DNA of 63,656 nucleotides, filler included, from Octopus bimaculoides (taxonomy: Eukaryota): the NCBI RefSeq assembly GCF_001194135.2. It is 5 parts of 5 records of this genome, joined end to end, with 100 filler letters (N's around TTAATTAATTAA, not from the genome) between each part and the next. Parts side by side here need not be neighbours in the genome. Positions count along the whole stretch, not along the records: positions 44,759 to 63,656 come from NC_069010.1; 4 more parts are not named here. The stretch is one strand, 5' to 3'. The notes beneath the pieces are model-generated. The model saw nothing but the letters and a program-made list of their open reading frames with translations. It made no database searches and had not been told where the DNA came from. The stretch's first letter is position 1; each line of letters opens with the position of its first letter. A program made the translations under genes and the position numbers. Positions 62,270-63,656 of the stretch are shown here, in pieces.

Positions 62270-63656
62270 ATTATTATTATTGTTCAGTAGTTTTATTTTT
62301 ATAACGTGCTGTCACTTCACTACCGAGCGCAGCTCTGTGCGTCTTGGGTATGTGCTGTGGTTTGCTGTGATGCTCTTATCGTTACTGTATTGAAAGTGTT
62401 TTGCGTAGGATGTGTGCAGTGCTCAGTAGTGCAATTTTCTGTATGTTATATATATTTGAAAGTCTTGATGTTTTTGTTATGTATTTGTCTGAATATTTTT
62501 TTTATTATACCTAAGGCACCTACTATGATACGAATTGTTTCTGTTTTTAGATTCCACATTCAAGTCACTTCTATTTCCAGGTCTTTGTATTTTGAAAGTT
62601 TTTCCATTTCTTTTAGGGAAACGTTGTCATCTGCTGGTTGATACATCAATTAGAAAGCATTTTTTTTTCTTCATGATCTTTGACAACTATATCTGGTCTA
62701 TTTGCCTTAATTTCTCTGTGTGTATTGGCATATCCCAGAGTATGGTTGCTTTCTCGTTTTCTGTGACCTTTTCTGGCATGTGTTTATACCATCTTTTTTC
62801 TGTTGTTATTCCATAGTGTTGGCATAGCTTCCAGTGTATATAGGTCCCAGCTCTGTCGTGTCTGTGAATATATTCCTTCTTAGCCAGGACTGGGCAGCCA
62901 GAGATAATATGATTCATTGTTTCTTGTCGATCTCCACATATTCTACAGTTACTTGTTATGTTTCTTTCCATTGTGTGTTTTTGGTAATGTCTGGTAGGGA
63001 GGCTTTGGTCTTGTGCAGCAATTAAAAACCCTTCAGTCTCTGCTTTGAGTCCTGAGCTTCTCCAGCATTGCTGGGATTTTTCTCTGTCTATTTCTTTTGC
63101 ATTTAGTTTAGCCCAGTATTTACCATGTAGGGGCTTTTCTTGCCATCGTTTTATCATGGCCCGTTGCTGTTCTAGTTTTAGTTTGGATTTCATTTGTTTT
63201 ATAACTTTTGTTGTTTCTTCTTCTTCTTCGTATTTGTTACGTATTATGATTTCTTGTTTGTATTTGTCAGCTTCCGTAAATATTGAAAACAGTTTTTTGT
63301 TTGCATGTGTTTTGTGGCTATTTCTATTAGTTTTCCTTGCTTCTGGAGTAGGTATTTTTGCAGTCCTATGGTTGGTTATTTTATAATAGTTTTCCAGCTG
63401 TATAAGATCCCTGCCACCTTCTGTGCGTTGTATATATAGCCTTTCTATGTCAGATTTTGGGTGGTGCATCCTATATCCTGTCATTATTTTTCTTGTTTTC
63501 CTGTCTATTTTACATAGTTCGTTTAGTGTCCAGTTAAGGATATTGTAGCTGTAACCTATAACTGGGACAGCTAAAGTGTTGATACCCATTATCTTGTTTT
63601 TAGCATTGAGCTCTGTTTTTAGTATTGATCTAACTCGTCTATAGTACTCTTTCTTT
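62270..63656 (-). mobile_element. R4/Dong-type non-LTR retrotransposon, 3' half (runs off the window), with (TAA)n tail
   Basis: 300-aa ORF 63589-62687 with HHPKSDIERLY, GLKAETEG..IAAQDQ, CCHC knuckle CRICGDRQETMNHIISGC and RHD; RLE motif NRPDIVVK in a shifted frame near 62680-62705. Confidence 0.95.

Overview
AT-rich, gap-riddled, microsatellite-laden animal genomic DNA. The SINE families, repeat landscape and TTAATTAATTAA gap linkers point to an Octopus draft assembly (inference). Almost every entry in the supplied ORF track is a microsatellite or gap artefact. Real coding signal is on the minus strand and was missed by the track. (1) A terminal exon at 3002-2854 encodes the end of a laminin-G domain closely resembling pikachurin/EGFLAM. 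(2) An array of nine intact 72-nt, phase 2-2 exons lies at 61950-47826, each encoding one 24-aa typical leucine-rich repeat. They fall into two sequence subfamilies that were duplicated together with flanking intron and are bounded by trinucleotide repeats. The rest is transposon debris: R4/Dong, RTE and CR1-like LINEs, Penelope-like elements, Helitron, hAT, and several tRNA-derived SINEs. At least six minimal type I hammerhead-ribozyme motifs occur in Penelope-like terminal repeats, including a head-to-head pair with a CCGAUGA core. No database searches were possible; family names come from motif recognition.
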